In this document: in pieces, positions 28,770 to 36,959 of the stretch | Layout of the letters: the number at the start of each line of letters is the position of its first letter | Numbering within the stretch: position 1 is the first letter of the stretch | DNA from: a virus | Taxonomy: Duplodnaviria > Heunggongvirae > Uroviricota > Caudoviricetes | DNA: 64,000 nt | Virus record (IMG/VR): IMGVR_UViG_3300027712_000017 | Reading direction: 5' to 3' (one strand) | The notes under the pieces: model-generated | What the model was told of the DNA's origin: nothing | Databases searched by the model: none | The model's input: only the letters and a program-made list of their open reading frames with translations | Translations under genes and position numbers: made by a program

Positions 28770-28800
28770 CCCTCATATATAATTAAAATGTATGAGGGTG
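28770..28800 (+). other. hairpin CCCTCATA...TATGAGGG enclosing TATATAATTAAAATG (possible terminator/promoter element before GIY-YIG gene)
   Basis: 8-bp inverted repeat read from sequence. Confidence 0.4.
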
Positions 28801-28803
28801 ACT

Positions 28804-29238
28804 ATGACTTGGTATCTGAACAGTGAAGAATTTACTTCAGAAAAAATCGGTGATTCTATCGGATTTGTGTATAGAATCACCAACAAAACTAACGACATGA
28901 AATATATAGGCAAGAAACTATTCGTGTCAACAAATCGCTTGCCACCTCTTAAAGGTAAGACACGCAAAAGAATCGTGAAGAAAGAGTCTGATTGGAAGAC
29001 CTACTTCGGTTCATCAGAAGAAGTCAAGATGCTCGTTGAACAGCTAGGCGCTGATGCGTTCCATCGTGAAATCTTGTATGTCTGTAAGAGCAAGGGCGAA
29101 ATGTCATACATAGAAGCTAAACTACAGTTCCAATATGATGTGCTGTTGCGGGATGACTACTACAACGGTATCATCCAGTGCAAAATTCATCGAACTCATG
29201 CGAAAAGTTTGAAATTTATGCTTGACAATATTGTTTGA
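28804..29238 (+). CDS. GIY-YIG homing endonuclease (Seg/I-TevI-like)
   Basis: GFVYRITNKTNDMKYIGKK (GIY...YIG); located next to nrd genes as in T4. Confidence 0.75.
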   Translation: MTWYLNSEEFTSEKIGDSIGFVYRITNKTNDMKYIGKKLFVSTNRLPPLKGKTRKRIVKKESDWKTYFGSSEEVKMLVEQLGADAFHREILYVCKSKGEMSYIEAKLQFQYDVLLRDDYYNGIIQCKIHRTHAKSLKFMLDNIV

Positions 29239-29274
29239 TAATGCTATAACATAAATGAGGCAACAAAACATGGA

Positions 29275-29463
29275 ATGAAAATGGACAACCTGGTAGTAGA
29301 CGAAATCGCTCGTATCAACGCATATCATGTTCAAAGTGAGTTCGAGAAGGATATTCGTAAAACCATTATCGAATGGGTCTTATCCTCACCTGACAATACT
29401 TTTACCAAAGGTGCGGTAATGGAAAACGCAATCGAAATGTTCTGGGATGAAAGGTTGAACTGA
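29275..29463 (+). CDS. hypothetical protein (62 aa)
   Basis: ORF with ATG. Confidence 0.4.
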   Translation: MKMDNLVVDEIARINAYHVQSEFEKDIRKTIIEWVLSSPDNTFTKGAVMENAIEMFWDERLN

Positions 29464-29660
29464 TGGCTGATAAAACTGTGAGTGTGCAAGTAGGACCAGG
29501 ATTTTTGGGTTTGTTGACCCTGATCTTTATCACCCTTAAATTGACTGGGTATATCGCTTGGTCATGGGTTTGGGTTCTTTCTCCGTTGTGGATTGGATTT
29601 GCAATTTTTGCGAGTTTACTTGCAATTTTTGTTATTGCTGTCCTACTATTCGATAAATAA
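29463..29660 (+). CDS. small membrane protein (2 TM)
   Basis: hydrophobic 65-aa ORF, ATGA overlap. Confidence 0.45.
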   Translation: MADKTVSVQVGPGFLGLLTLIFITLKLTGYIAWSWVWVLSPLWIGFAIFASLLAIFVIAVLLFDK

Positions 29661-29667
29661 GAATAAT

Positions 29668-29743
29668 GCCCGTGTAGTCCAAAGGTAGAGACAGCAGACT
29701 TAAAATCTGTCCAGCGTCGGTTCGACCCCGACCACGGGTACCA
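29668..29743 (+). tRNA. tRNA, anticodon loop CTTAAAA (anticodon TAA, Leu-type) but class-I length (76 nt)
   Basis: acceptor GCCCGTG/CACGGGT, anticodon stem GCAGA/TCTGT, T-arm GTCGG-TTCGACC-CCGAC, discriminator A, CCA. Confidence 0.6.
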
Positions 29744-29758
29744 ATTTAAGGATATAAC

Positions 29759-30001
29759 ATGAAGATTACACTTGAAGATGTCATTGAGATGGCAAAGGAA
29801 GCAGAGAAAGAGAATCCTCTTTTGTGGGAACATCTCAATCTAAATCAAGACATGGCATATCGTGTAATCGCTTCTGAAACCTTTGAAATGCTTAATGAGA
29901 TCGAAGATGCAAATGAACGGCAATTGACTTTGCTTGTTGCGTTTGTATTGTCACAGATGGAGAACTATGTTCTCAATGTCAAATTAGGTCTAATGAATTG
30001 A
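29759..30001 (+). CDS. hypothetical protein (80 aa)
   Basis: SD AAGGATATAAC-ATG. Confidence 0.45.
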   Translation: MKITLEDVIEMAKEAEKENPLLWEHLNLNQDMAYRVIASETFEMLNEIEDANERQLTLLVAFVLSQMENYVLNVKLGLMN

Positions 30002-30006
30002 TTTAT

Positions 30007-30083
30007 GGGCCTGTAGCTCAATTGGTCAGAGCTGAGCGCTCATAACGCTTAGGTTGGGGGTTCGAGTCCCTCCGGGCCTACCA
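30007..30083 (+). tRNA. tRNA with anticodon CAT (elongator Met or lysidine-Ile2)
   Basis: acceptor GGGCCTG/CGGGCCT, D-arm GCTC-AATTGGTCA-GAGC, anticodon loop CTCATAA, T-arm GGGGG-TTCGAGT-CCCTC, CCA. Confidence 0.75.
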
Positions 30084-30100
30084 TCAACAAAGAGGTAACT

Positions 30101-30253
30101 ATGTCTAAATCTAGTCTAGAATATACTGAAATGGCGGGATTAACACAAGCGATGGTAAAACTACGATGTATCCCTATTACGGATCAAGACGAAGATTGGG
30201 TTGTTATTACTGAATGGATGAATAAACGTATTGACGAATTAGCAAAGAAATAA
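30101..30253 (+). CDS. hypothetical small protein (50 aa) between two tRNAs
   Basis: SD AAAGAGGTAACT-ATG; stop 1 nt before next tRNA. Confidence 0.35.
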   Translation: MSKSSLEYTEMAGLTQAMVKLRCIPITDQDEDWVVITEWMNKRIDELAKK

Positions 30254-30254
30254 T

Positions 30255-30346
30255 GGAAGTGAGACTGGGTAGTCAGAGAGGACTTATAAACCTTTTAGCG
30301 CCTGATTAGCGTTCTTGACTGGGTTCGAGTCCCAGCACTTCTACCA
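30255..30346 (+). tRNA. type II (long variable arm) tRNA with unusual anticodon loop CTTATAA (anticodon TAT?)
   Basis: acceptor GGAAGTG/CACTTCT, 3-bp D-stem, 5-bp variable-arm stem, T-arm CTGGG-TTCGAGT-CCCAG, discriminator A, CCA. Confidence 0.55.
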
Positions 30347-30390
30347 TAAACTCTTATGTTATAAATAATAACACACAATAGGGGAATCAT

Positions 30391-30876
30391 ATGTCAATCA
30401 AAGCAATTCATAAAGATATAATGTCGCATGTAAAAACCGCTGATAATGGTAGGGGCTTTAAATCTAACGAAAATGTTGAGCATCTTGCAGATGATGGTCA
30501 TACACATCAATATACTTATAGTAGTGGCCAAGGACATGCTGCAAATCTAATGTCCCATTTGAAATCTAAAGGTTGGACTATTAGTAACCATAAGACATAT
30601 GAAGGTGCTTTGACATACGAAGGTGAATATCCAGGTAAAACTCATCGTTATACTGCGACTAAAGGTGATGCAAAAATTCATGTTAATCACGCTGAAGGAG
30701 AACATGATGATGATACTGCAGGACATTATCACGAACTTCAAGTTTCTGATATGCCGCACCATCCAATTGAACATATGAGAAGTATTCCTACCTTCGGACA
30801 ATTCTTACAATCGACTGGCAAAGACAAAGAATTAGCACACGCTGCAGGATTAGTTCCTAAAAATAAGATGAATTAA
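30391..30876 (+). CDS. hypothetical His-rich protein
   Basis: SD AGGGGAATCAT-ATG; 161 aa with many His. Confidence 0.5.
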   Translation: MSIKAIHKDIMSHVKTADNGRGFKSNENVEHLADDGHTHQYTYSSGQGHAANLMSHLKSKGWTISNHKTYEGALTYEGEYPGKTHRYTATKGDAKIHVNHAEGEHDDDTAGHYHELQVSDMPHHPIEHMRSIPTFGQFLQSTGKDKELAHAAGLVPKNKMN

Positions 30877-30894
30877 TCTAGAAGGAGAATACAC

Positions 30895-31095
30895 ATGACT
30901 AAATATGCAATTGAAAGAGATAATGCTATTGTGAATCATATTGTATTCGTAGGTAAAGGATTGTATCGCAAAACTGATGTAATCCCACTTGTATTGAATA
31001 CAACTAAGAAAGCGCAAGAGATCGCAGAAGTTCTTGATGGAACAGTAGTTGACTACGATGCTTACATGACAGAAGATTTTGCGATTGCTGCGTAA
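30895..31095 (+). CDS. hypothetical protein (66 aa)
   Basis: SD GAAGGAGAATACAC-ATG. Confidence 0.45.
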   Translation: MTKYAIERDNAIVNHIVFVGKGLYRKTDVIPLVLNTTKKAQEIAEVLDGTVVDYDAYMTEDFAIAA

Positions 31096-31101
31096 TACTG
31101 G

Positions 31102-31130
31102 TTGACAATATTACTACAATATACTATATA
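31102..31130 (+). promoter_or_regulatory. sigma70-type promoter TTGACA-17-TATATA upstream of tRNA-Leu
   Basis: TTGACAATATTACTACAATATACTATATA. Confidence 0.55.
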
Positions 31131-31138
31131 ATAACAAT

Positions 31139-31225
31139 GCCCCTATGGTGGAACTGGTAGACACGGTGGATTCAAACTCCGCTCGAAGATAGTAGGTGCA
31201 GGTTCGAGTCCTGCTAGGGGCACCA
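31139..31225 (+). tRNA. tRNA-Leu (anticodon CAA), type II
   Basis: perfect acceptor GCCCCTA/TAGGGGC, anticodon stem GTGGA/TCCGC loop TTCAAAC, long variable arm, T-loop TTCGAGT, CCA. Confidence 0.75.
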
Positions 31226-31244
31226 ATAATCATGAGGATGTGAA

Positions 31245-31445
31245 ATGACTAAAATCTACCTAAAGGCTGTATTCTTTGTTGCAGTTACGGTTGCAACATT
31301 CTGCCTTATTCTTCCCTTCCTATTTTCTGCACGAGATGACTCCCTAGTACTTGCAGGGATCGTTGTGCTTGCTGCCTATCCTGTATTTGCATGGCATTAC
31401 GGGATCAATGTTCTTAATCAAATCAAACAAAAGGTTTCTAAATAA
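31245..31445 (+). CDS. small membrane protein
   Basis: 66-aa hydrophobic ORF. Confidence 0.45.
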   Translation: MTKIYLKAVFFVAVTVATFCLILPFLFSARDDSLVLAGIVVLAAYPVFAWHYGINVLNQIKQKVSK

Positions 31446-32305
31446 TGAAGTTTCGTAATGTAGCTCTTGCTGTGTTGATGTTGGGTTCTGTCGCTGCTTG
31501 TTCAACTGTTCCTGCAGGTCATGTTGGCGTGAAAGTATTCCTGTTGGGCGGTGACAAGGGTGTTGATTCTGAGGAATTGGGTGTAGGTCGTTATTGGATT
31601 GGTCCTAACGAACAACTATACATCTTCCCAACTTTTATGCAAAACTATGTGTGGACGAAAGATGTAAATGAAGGTTCGCCTAATGACGAATCTATTTCGT
31701 TTCAAACTGCAGACGGCATGACTGCAAATGCGGATGTAGGTATTTCTTATTCAATTGATCCTTCTAAAGTAACGACAATCTTCCAGACCTATCGTCGTGG
31801 CGTTGATGAGATTACTGACACCTTCCTGCGTAATATGGTTCGTGATGCACTCGTAAAAGAAGCGTCAAGTAAACCTATTGAATATGTTTACGGTGCAGGT
31901 AAAGCAGAGTTGATGGCATCTGTGCAAAAAGATGTTTCAGATCAGGTTGCAGCAATCGGTATTAAGATCGACAAAATTTACTGGATTGGTGAAATTCGTT
32001 TGCCGCAAACTGTGATTGAATCTATCAACAACAAGAATGCTGCAACTCAAATGGCGCAACAACGCCAAAACGAAGTTGCACAAGCAACTGCTGAAGCACA
32101 AAAGCGTGTTGCTGAGGCAAAAGGTGAAGCAGATTCTATTCTGTTGAAAGCAGAAGCACAAGCTCAAGCAAACAAGATCCTTGCTCAATCACTTACTGCA
32201 GAATTTGTGCAATATGAAGCTCTGCAAAAATGGGATGGTAAGTTGCCTACTATGACGGGTTCGAGCGCGATTCCGTTTGTCAATGTCACTAATGGAGGTC
32301 AGTAA
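31445..32305 (+). CDS. SPFH/band-7 (prohibitin-like) lipoprotein
   Basis: lipobox LGSVAAC in signal peptide; SPFH-type sequence with C-terminal coiled coil. Confidence 0.7.
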   Translation: MKFRNVALAVLMLGSVAACSTVPAGHVGVKVFLLGGDKGVDSEELGVGRYWIGPNEQLYIFPTFMQNYVWTKDVNEGSPNDESISFQTADGMTANADVGISYSIDPSKVTTIFQTYRRGVDEITDTFLRNMVRDALVKEASSKPIEYVYGAGKAELMASVQKDVSDQVAAIGIKIDKIYWIGEIRLPQTVIESINNKNAATQMAQQRQNEVAQATAEAQKRVAEAKGEADSILLKAEAQAQANKILAQSLTAEFVQYEALQKWDGKLPTMTGSSAIPFVNVTNGGQ

Positions 32306-32496
32306 TGGCTAAGAAAAAAGTAAAAGGTGAAGTATCTGAAATTCAAATTCAATTCATGGACAATGGATATAATGTAAATTATTCCGGTCGTGATGACAGC
32401 GGTGATTGGGTCTCAATTCGTCTAGTTATGAATGATCTTAATGCAGTAATCGAACATCTAAAGTTTGTAGATGCGGGCTTGAAAGAAGGACTCTAA
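32305..32496 (+). CDS. hypothetical protein (63 aa)
   Basis: ATGG overlap with upstream stop. Confidence 0.4.
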   Translation: MAKKKVKGEVSEIQIQFMDNGYNVNYSGRDDSGDWVSIRLVMNDLNAVIEHLKFVDAGLKEGL

Positions 32497-32497
32497 T

Positions 32498-32914
32498 ATG
32501 GCTGCTAAATGGGCTGAACCAGCATGCGGTTGCGAAGTAAGCAACTTTGATCGTGTTATTGATTTTATGAAAACATTCGGGCAGGAGGTTAAAGACTCCC
32601 CCGAGTTCCCCAAACCTGAGGTTGTTAGCCTTCGACAAGATCTTATTATCGAAGAATACAATGAGTTGCGTGATGCTATTATAGCAAAAGACATTGTAGA
32701 AGTTGCAGATGCTCTTACTGATCTTCTATATGTTATCTATGGTGCAGGTGTTGCATTCGGTATTGATCTTGACGCTTGCTTTCAAGAAGTTCATGCAAGC
32801 AATATGTCGAAGTTGATGCCTGATGGGACTATCTTGCGCCGTGAAGATGGTAAGGTTCTAAAAGGTCCAAATTATTTTGTGCCTGACCTGAAAAAAGTGC
32901 TTGACATTAAATAA
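32498..32914 (+). CDS. mazG: MazG-like nucleoside triphosphate pyrophosphohydrolase
   Basis: EEYNELRDAI ... EVADALTDLLYVIYG MazG signature. Confidence 0.75.
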   Translation: MAAKWAEPACGCEVSNFDRVIDFMKTFGQEVKDSPEFPKPEVVSLRQDLIIEEYNELRDAIIAKDIVEVADALTDLLYVIYGAGVAFGIDLDACFQEVHASNMSKLMPDGTILRREDGKVLKGPNYFVPDLKKVLDIK

Positions 32915-32951
32915 GTAATCGTGTACTGTGATTATATGGTAATGGAGATAG

Positions 32952-33179
32952 ATGATGGCTTATGTGAATGTTGACGTTGATATTGATCTCAGTGAGTTTG
33001 ATGATCAAGAATTGATTGATGAACTAGAAGATCGTGGTTGGTTTGTCGGACCTGAAAAGGAATGGGAACCTACTGAAGATCTTGAACACGACGAAATTAC
33101 TGCAATTCTAGAACTATTCCAGATGTCACTTCCAGGTAGCATTGGATATAACATCTACGAAAAACTACGAAAACGATGA
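32952..33179 (+). CDS. hypothetical acidic protein (75 aa)
   Basis: ORF with ATG. Confidence 0.4.
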   Translation: MMAYVNVDVDIDLSEFDDQELIDELEDRGWFVGPEKEWEPTEDLEHDEITAILELFQMSLPGSIGYNIYEKLRKR

Positions 33180-33334
33180 TAGAACTAAACGACCGTAATT
33201 ACGAAGAATTTAAGAAGCAGTTTTGGGAATGGTTTGATACCTTAACCCTAGCTGAAAAAATGAGATTCTGGTATTATGGTGCGGATATGGCAGAGTTGAA
33301 CTTTTATAACAGAGTTTACTCTAAACGTAATTAG
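33176..33334 (+). CDS. hypothetical small protein (52 aa)
   Basis: ATGA overlap with upstream gene. Confidence 0.3.
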   Translation: MIELNDRNYEEFKKQFWEWFDTLTLAEKMRFWYYGADMAELNFYNRVYSKRN

Positions 33335-33339
33335 GGATG

Positions 33340-33725
33340 ATTACAGCAACCTCTTATCATAAAAAGATCCTCCGGGATCATGCACAGCTCGACTTAAATC
33401 CTTCGGGATCGAGCAAAACGCCAGAGTTAATTCTGGATATTGCATGAGAATACATGATATTGTCAGTAGAAACTGAATATAGCATAGGTGAAACCAATGT
33501 CGCGGCAGATGAGTTTTAAAAGGTCTGCAAACGATAGTAAAATTAATTACGTCTCGCCCATCCCGTAGACTTTTAGGTTACCTACAGCAAACCTTACACG
33601 CCATGGTGGCAATTTTTTTATCAAAAAACCTAACGGTTCGATTCCGTAAATGCGTAACCTGCTGAATTTAGATTCAGTTCCGCCTACAATAGCTCGATAA
33701 GCAAACCCTATGAATCTGTGAAAAG
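33340..33725 (+). ncRNA. candidate Y RNA-like structured non-coding RNA upstream of Ro60/Rsr gene
   Basis: 390-bp ORF-free gap; UUCG hairpins GATCC-tccg-GGATC and ATCC-ttcg-GGAT; tRNA-like T-arm AACGG-TTCGATT-CCGT; extra hairpin CTGAAT-ttag-ATTCAG. Confidence 0.35.
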
Positions 33726-33734
33726 GAAAATATA

Positions 33735-35177
33735 ATGAACTCTTTTGTGAATGCCGTTAAAAATCAAGACGCTCGTACCGCAAATGGTATGAAGTCTCGT
33801 AAGTCGTCTTCTTCTGCTGCAGTTGATCTGTTCTTCAAGATCGGTGCGTCTCGTGGTAAGAACATTACCCCTGACTTTACTGCAGCATTCGTGGAAAACC
33901 GTGATTATGCAATTCGTATTGCTCAATGGGCGCGTGACGCTCGTGAGGGTGCTGGTGAGCGTAAGATCTTCCGCGATGTGTTGATTGACCTTGAGGTTCG
34001 TGATACTGACACCGCAAAGTCTCTTGCCCGTAAGGTCCCAGAGATCGGTCGTTGGGATGACATCCTCGTATTCAAGACTGCAGAAATGCAAGCATTTGCA
34101 TTTGACCTTGTAAAGGCAGCGCTTGACGCTGGCAATGGTCTATGTGCAAAGTGGATGCCTCGTAAGGGTGCAGTATCACTTGCATTGCGCGCTCACTTGG
34201 GCTGGTCACCTAAGTTTTATCGCAAGCGTCTTGTTGAATTGACTAAGGTCGTTGAGCAAGATATGTGCGCTAACAAGTGGGATGAAATCAATTTCAACCA
34301 CGTCCCTTCTGTGGCGTCTGCACGCTATAAGAAGGCGTTTACTCGTCATACTGACGCATATAAGGAATGGGCTGCAAAGCTTGTTTCTACTGATCCTGAA
34401 GTCACAAAGACCGTAAAGGTCAATGCCGGTGCGGTTTATCCGTATGACGTATTGAAGGGTTTGATCAGACCTGCGGGTTATGGTTCTGTAAAGTATGATA
34501 AGGCAAACTTGAACCACATCGTTGCACAATGGGAGGCTATGCCTAACTTTGTTGGTGATGCGAACATTTTGCCTATTGTGGACGTATCGGGCTCTATGAC
34601 TTGCAAAGCAGGTGGTTATGGTTCTAAATCAGAAACTACTTGTCTTGATGTGTCGGTTTCTTTGGGTCTGTATCTTGCAGATAAGAACAAGGGTAAGTTC
34701 AAGGATACCTTCTTGACTTTCTCTGGCAATCCAGAACTTGTTCATCTTAAGGGTAATGTTGTTGAGAAGATTGATCAAATGGTCAAAGTTTCTTGGCAAA
34801 TGAATACCAACCTCAATGCAGCGATCCAAAAGATCCTTGATGTTGCAGTTAATGGTAAAGTCCCTGCAGAAGAAATGCCATCAATGCTGTTGATCCTTTC
34901 GGATATGCAATTTGATTCTTGCGCTCGTTACGACGATTCCGCACAAGAGATGATTGCACGGAAGTATGAAGCAGCAGGTTATAAGATGCCTCAAATCGTA
35001 TACTGGAACCTAAATGCTGCGGACAATGTCCCAGTGAAGATGGATGCGCGAGGTGTCGCCATGGTATCAGGTTTCAGCCCTTCTATTGTTAAAAGCGTTC
35101 TGTCTGCGAACATGGATGAGTTTACTCCAGAAGGTATCATGCGAAAGACCATCATGGCTGCTCGATACGATTACTAA
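33735..35177 (+). CDS. rsr: Ro60/Rsr orthologue (TROVE domain + C-terminal vWA domain with MIDAS)
   Basis: SD AAAGGAAAATATA-ATG; GWSPKFYRKRL region like Ro60 GWSHKDLLRL; MIDAS LPIVDVSGSMT like Ro60 LAVDVSASM. Confidence 0.7.
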   Translation: MNSFVNAVKNQDARTANGMKSRKSSSSAAVDLFFKIGASRGKNITPDFTAAFVENRDYAIRIAQWARDAREGAGERKIFRDVLIDLEVRDTDTAKSLARKVPEIGRWDDILVFKTAEMQAFAFDLVKAALDAGNGLCAKWMPRKGAVSLALRAHLGWSPKFYRKRLVELTKVVEQDMCANKWDEINFNHVPSVASARYKKAFTRHTDAYKEWAAKLVSTDPEVTKTVKVNAGAVYPYDVLKGLIRPAGYGSVKYDKANLNHIVAQWEAMPNFVGDANILPIVDVSGSMTCKAGGYGSKSETTCLDVSVSLGLYLADKNKGKFKDTFLTFSGNPELVHLKGNVVEKIDQMVKVSWQMNTNLNAAIQKILDVAVNGKVPAEEMPSMLLILSDMQFDSCARYDDSAQEMIARKYEAAGYKMPQIVYWNLNAADNVPVKMDARGVAMVSGFSPSIVKSVLSANMDEFTPEGIMRKTIMAARYDY

Positions 35178-35259
35178 AAACAAGGGGGAGCGAAAGTTCC
35201 CCCTTGACATATTTTAACGTATATGCGATAAATGATTATGATGAAAAATAGGTGATGCG

Positions 35260-35808
35260 ATGACAAAGAACATCTGGGTGATCTCTGATACCCATTTCAA
35301 CCATGCCAACATTCTGAAGTTCGAAGATCGTGTAGGTAAAGCAGTTCGTGGTCAATTCAGTTCTGTCGAAGAAATGAATGAACACATGATCCAGCGTTGG
35401 AATGAAGTTGTTAAACCTGGCGATAAAGTATATCATCTGGGCGATGTTGTTTTCGGTGACAACAAAGTAGAATGGATGGATAAACACATGCCACGCATGA
35501 ATGGTTCAAAGCGTCTGATCTTTGGTAACCACGATGAACCATCACACTTTGTTGGTAAAGGTCATTTCCAAAAGACATCGCTGTGGCGTGTATTCAAAGA
35601 GTTTAACATTCTGTTGACTCACGTTCCAGTGCATGAATCTACAGTAATGGAAGGTCGCGGCGGTTCAATTCGTCCTATGCTGAATGTTCACGGGCATATT
35701 CACCAAAACGAATCTCCTTCACAATTCCATCATTGCGTCAGCGTAGAACATACTGACTATTACCCTGTCAATATCGAAGATCTGGCAAAAATTGCAAATA
35801 AACTTTAA
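35260..35808 (+). CDS. calcineurin-like metallophosphoesterase
   Basis: VISDTHFNH, GDVVFG, FGNHD, HGHIH metallophosphatase motifs. Confidence 0.75.
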   Translation: MTKNIWVISDTHFNHANILKFEDRVGKAVRGQFSSVEEMNEHMIQRWNEVVKPGDKVYHLGDVVFGDNKVEWMDKHMPRMNGSKRLIFGNHDEPSHFVGKGHFQKTSLWRVFKEFNILLTHVPVHESTVMEGRGGSIRPMLNVHGHIHQNESPSQFHHCVSVEHTDYYPVNIEDLAKIANKL

Positions 35809-35849
35809 GGGCGGTTGACATTGCCCTTGATATATAATACAATGGTGAT

Positions 35850-36077
35850 ATGATGAGTAATCAACGACCAGGTAAAACACACCGCGCTGCTCTCGGTGAT
35901 GATATGAAAGAGATGAAATTGAAAATCTTCTTTCGTACTTGCAAAGAACTTTTAGAATCTGCGGATGAACCTGCATCATTTGCTGCATTCTATTTTGAGC
36001 AGCTCCAAGAACATATTGAAGCGGGTAATACCCTTCCACAAGACAAGCGTGAAATTCAACGTTTGCTTGGCATCTAA
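35850..36077 (+). CDS. hypothetical protein (75 aa)
   Basis: ORF downstream of TTGACA...TATATAAT region. Confidence 0.4.
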   Translation: MMSNQRPGKTHRAALGDDMKEMKLKIFFRTCKELLESADEPASFAAFYFEQLQEHIEAGNTLPQDKREIQRLLGI

Positions 36078-36079
36078 AT

Positions 36080-36155
36080 GCTTCCGTAGCTCAATGGATA
36101 GAGTCACGAGTTTCTACCTCGCAGGTTGGGGGTTCGAGTCCCTCCGGGAGCACCA
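36080..36155 (+). tRNA. tRNA-Arg (anticodon TCT)
   Basis: acceptor GCTTCCG/CGGGAGC, D-arm GCTC-AATGGATA-GAGT, anticodon loop TTTCTAC, T-arm GGGGG-TTCGAGT-CCCTC, CCA. Confidence 0.75.
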
Positions 36156-36184
36156 TTCTTCTTTCATAAACATAAGGTGATAAA

Positions 36185-36448
36185 TTGGCTAAGAAATCTT
36201 CTGGTAAAACCTACACCTCTAAAGGTGAGCGTATGTCTTCAATTAAGACTCCGAATACCGATGGGGGTCAGCGTTTGCTTAACCAGATTAAGGCGCTTAA
36301 GCAAGGCAAGAACATTGTATGGTCTCTGCCCAATGTAAGCAAAGATGGCACTAAAGTGCATTCTTCTACTCGTATTGCTGTTAATGGCAAAGATTATATT
36401 ACGAACCTCAAGCACATGAGTAAAGGGCAAAAAGAGGTCGAGGCATGA
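36185..36448 (+). CDS. hypothetical protein (TTG start at 36185 or ATG at 36233)
   Basis: SD AAGGTGA before TTG; alternative SD+ATG 48 nt downstream. Confidence 0.45.
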   Translation: MAKKSSGKTYTSKGERMSSIKTPNTDGGQRLLNQIKALKQGKNIVWSLPNVSKDGTKVHSSTRIAVNGKDYITNLKHMSKGQKEVEA

Positions 36449-36675
36449 TTGAAATCTATACTAAAGAGCAATGCATCTATTGTGCAATGGCAAAATCACA
36501 ACTACAACTTCGTGGTGTTGCATATGTAGAACGTAAATTGCATGAAGATTTTGATCGTGAATTTGTTCTAGAAAAATTTGCACCTCAAACGACATTTCCG
36601 TTTATTGTTATTGACAATATGTTGATTGGGGGTTATACTGATCTCATGGAACATTACAAAAAGGAAACAGCATGA
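36445..36675 (+). CDS. glutaredoxin/NrdH-like redoxin
   Basis: CIYC active-site motif near N-terminus, 76 aa. Confidence 0.7.
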   Translation: MIEIYTKEQCIYCAMAKSQLQLRGVAYVERKLHEDFDREFVLEKFAPQTTFPFIVIDNMLIGGYTDLMEHYKKETA

Positions 36676-36959
36676 CACTAGAAGAATTTAAAGAATCAAA
36701 AAGCGCGTACCATACTTTTCTGAAGGGCAATGTTGCTCGTGTTAAATTCAAAAAAGTAAATGGCGATATTCGTGATATGCTTTGCACATTGCGTGAAGAT
36801 TTGATTCCTGCGGTAGTAAGCGAACCTACAACTTTAGTTAAACGTCAGCATGAAGGTAATGATGAAGTCGTTGCTGTATATGACATTGAGTCAGAAGGTT
36901 GGCGTTCATTCCGCATTGACAATGTAATTGAGATGACTCTTGTGTCGGAGTATTTGTAA
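36672..36959 (+). CDS. hypothetical protein (95 aa)
   Basis: ATGA overlap with upstream gene. Confidence 0.45.
   Translation: MTLEEFKESKSAYHTFLKGNVARVKFKKVNGDIRDMLCTLREDLIPAVVSEPTTLVKRQHEGNDEVVAVYDIESEGWRSFRIDNVIEMTLVSEYL

Noticed and set aside
36126-36338. ORF 36126..36338 overlapping tRNA-Arg
   Set aside because: It starts inside the tRNA and overlaps the better-supported downstream gene in another frame.
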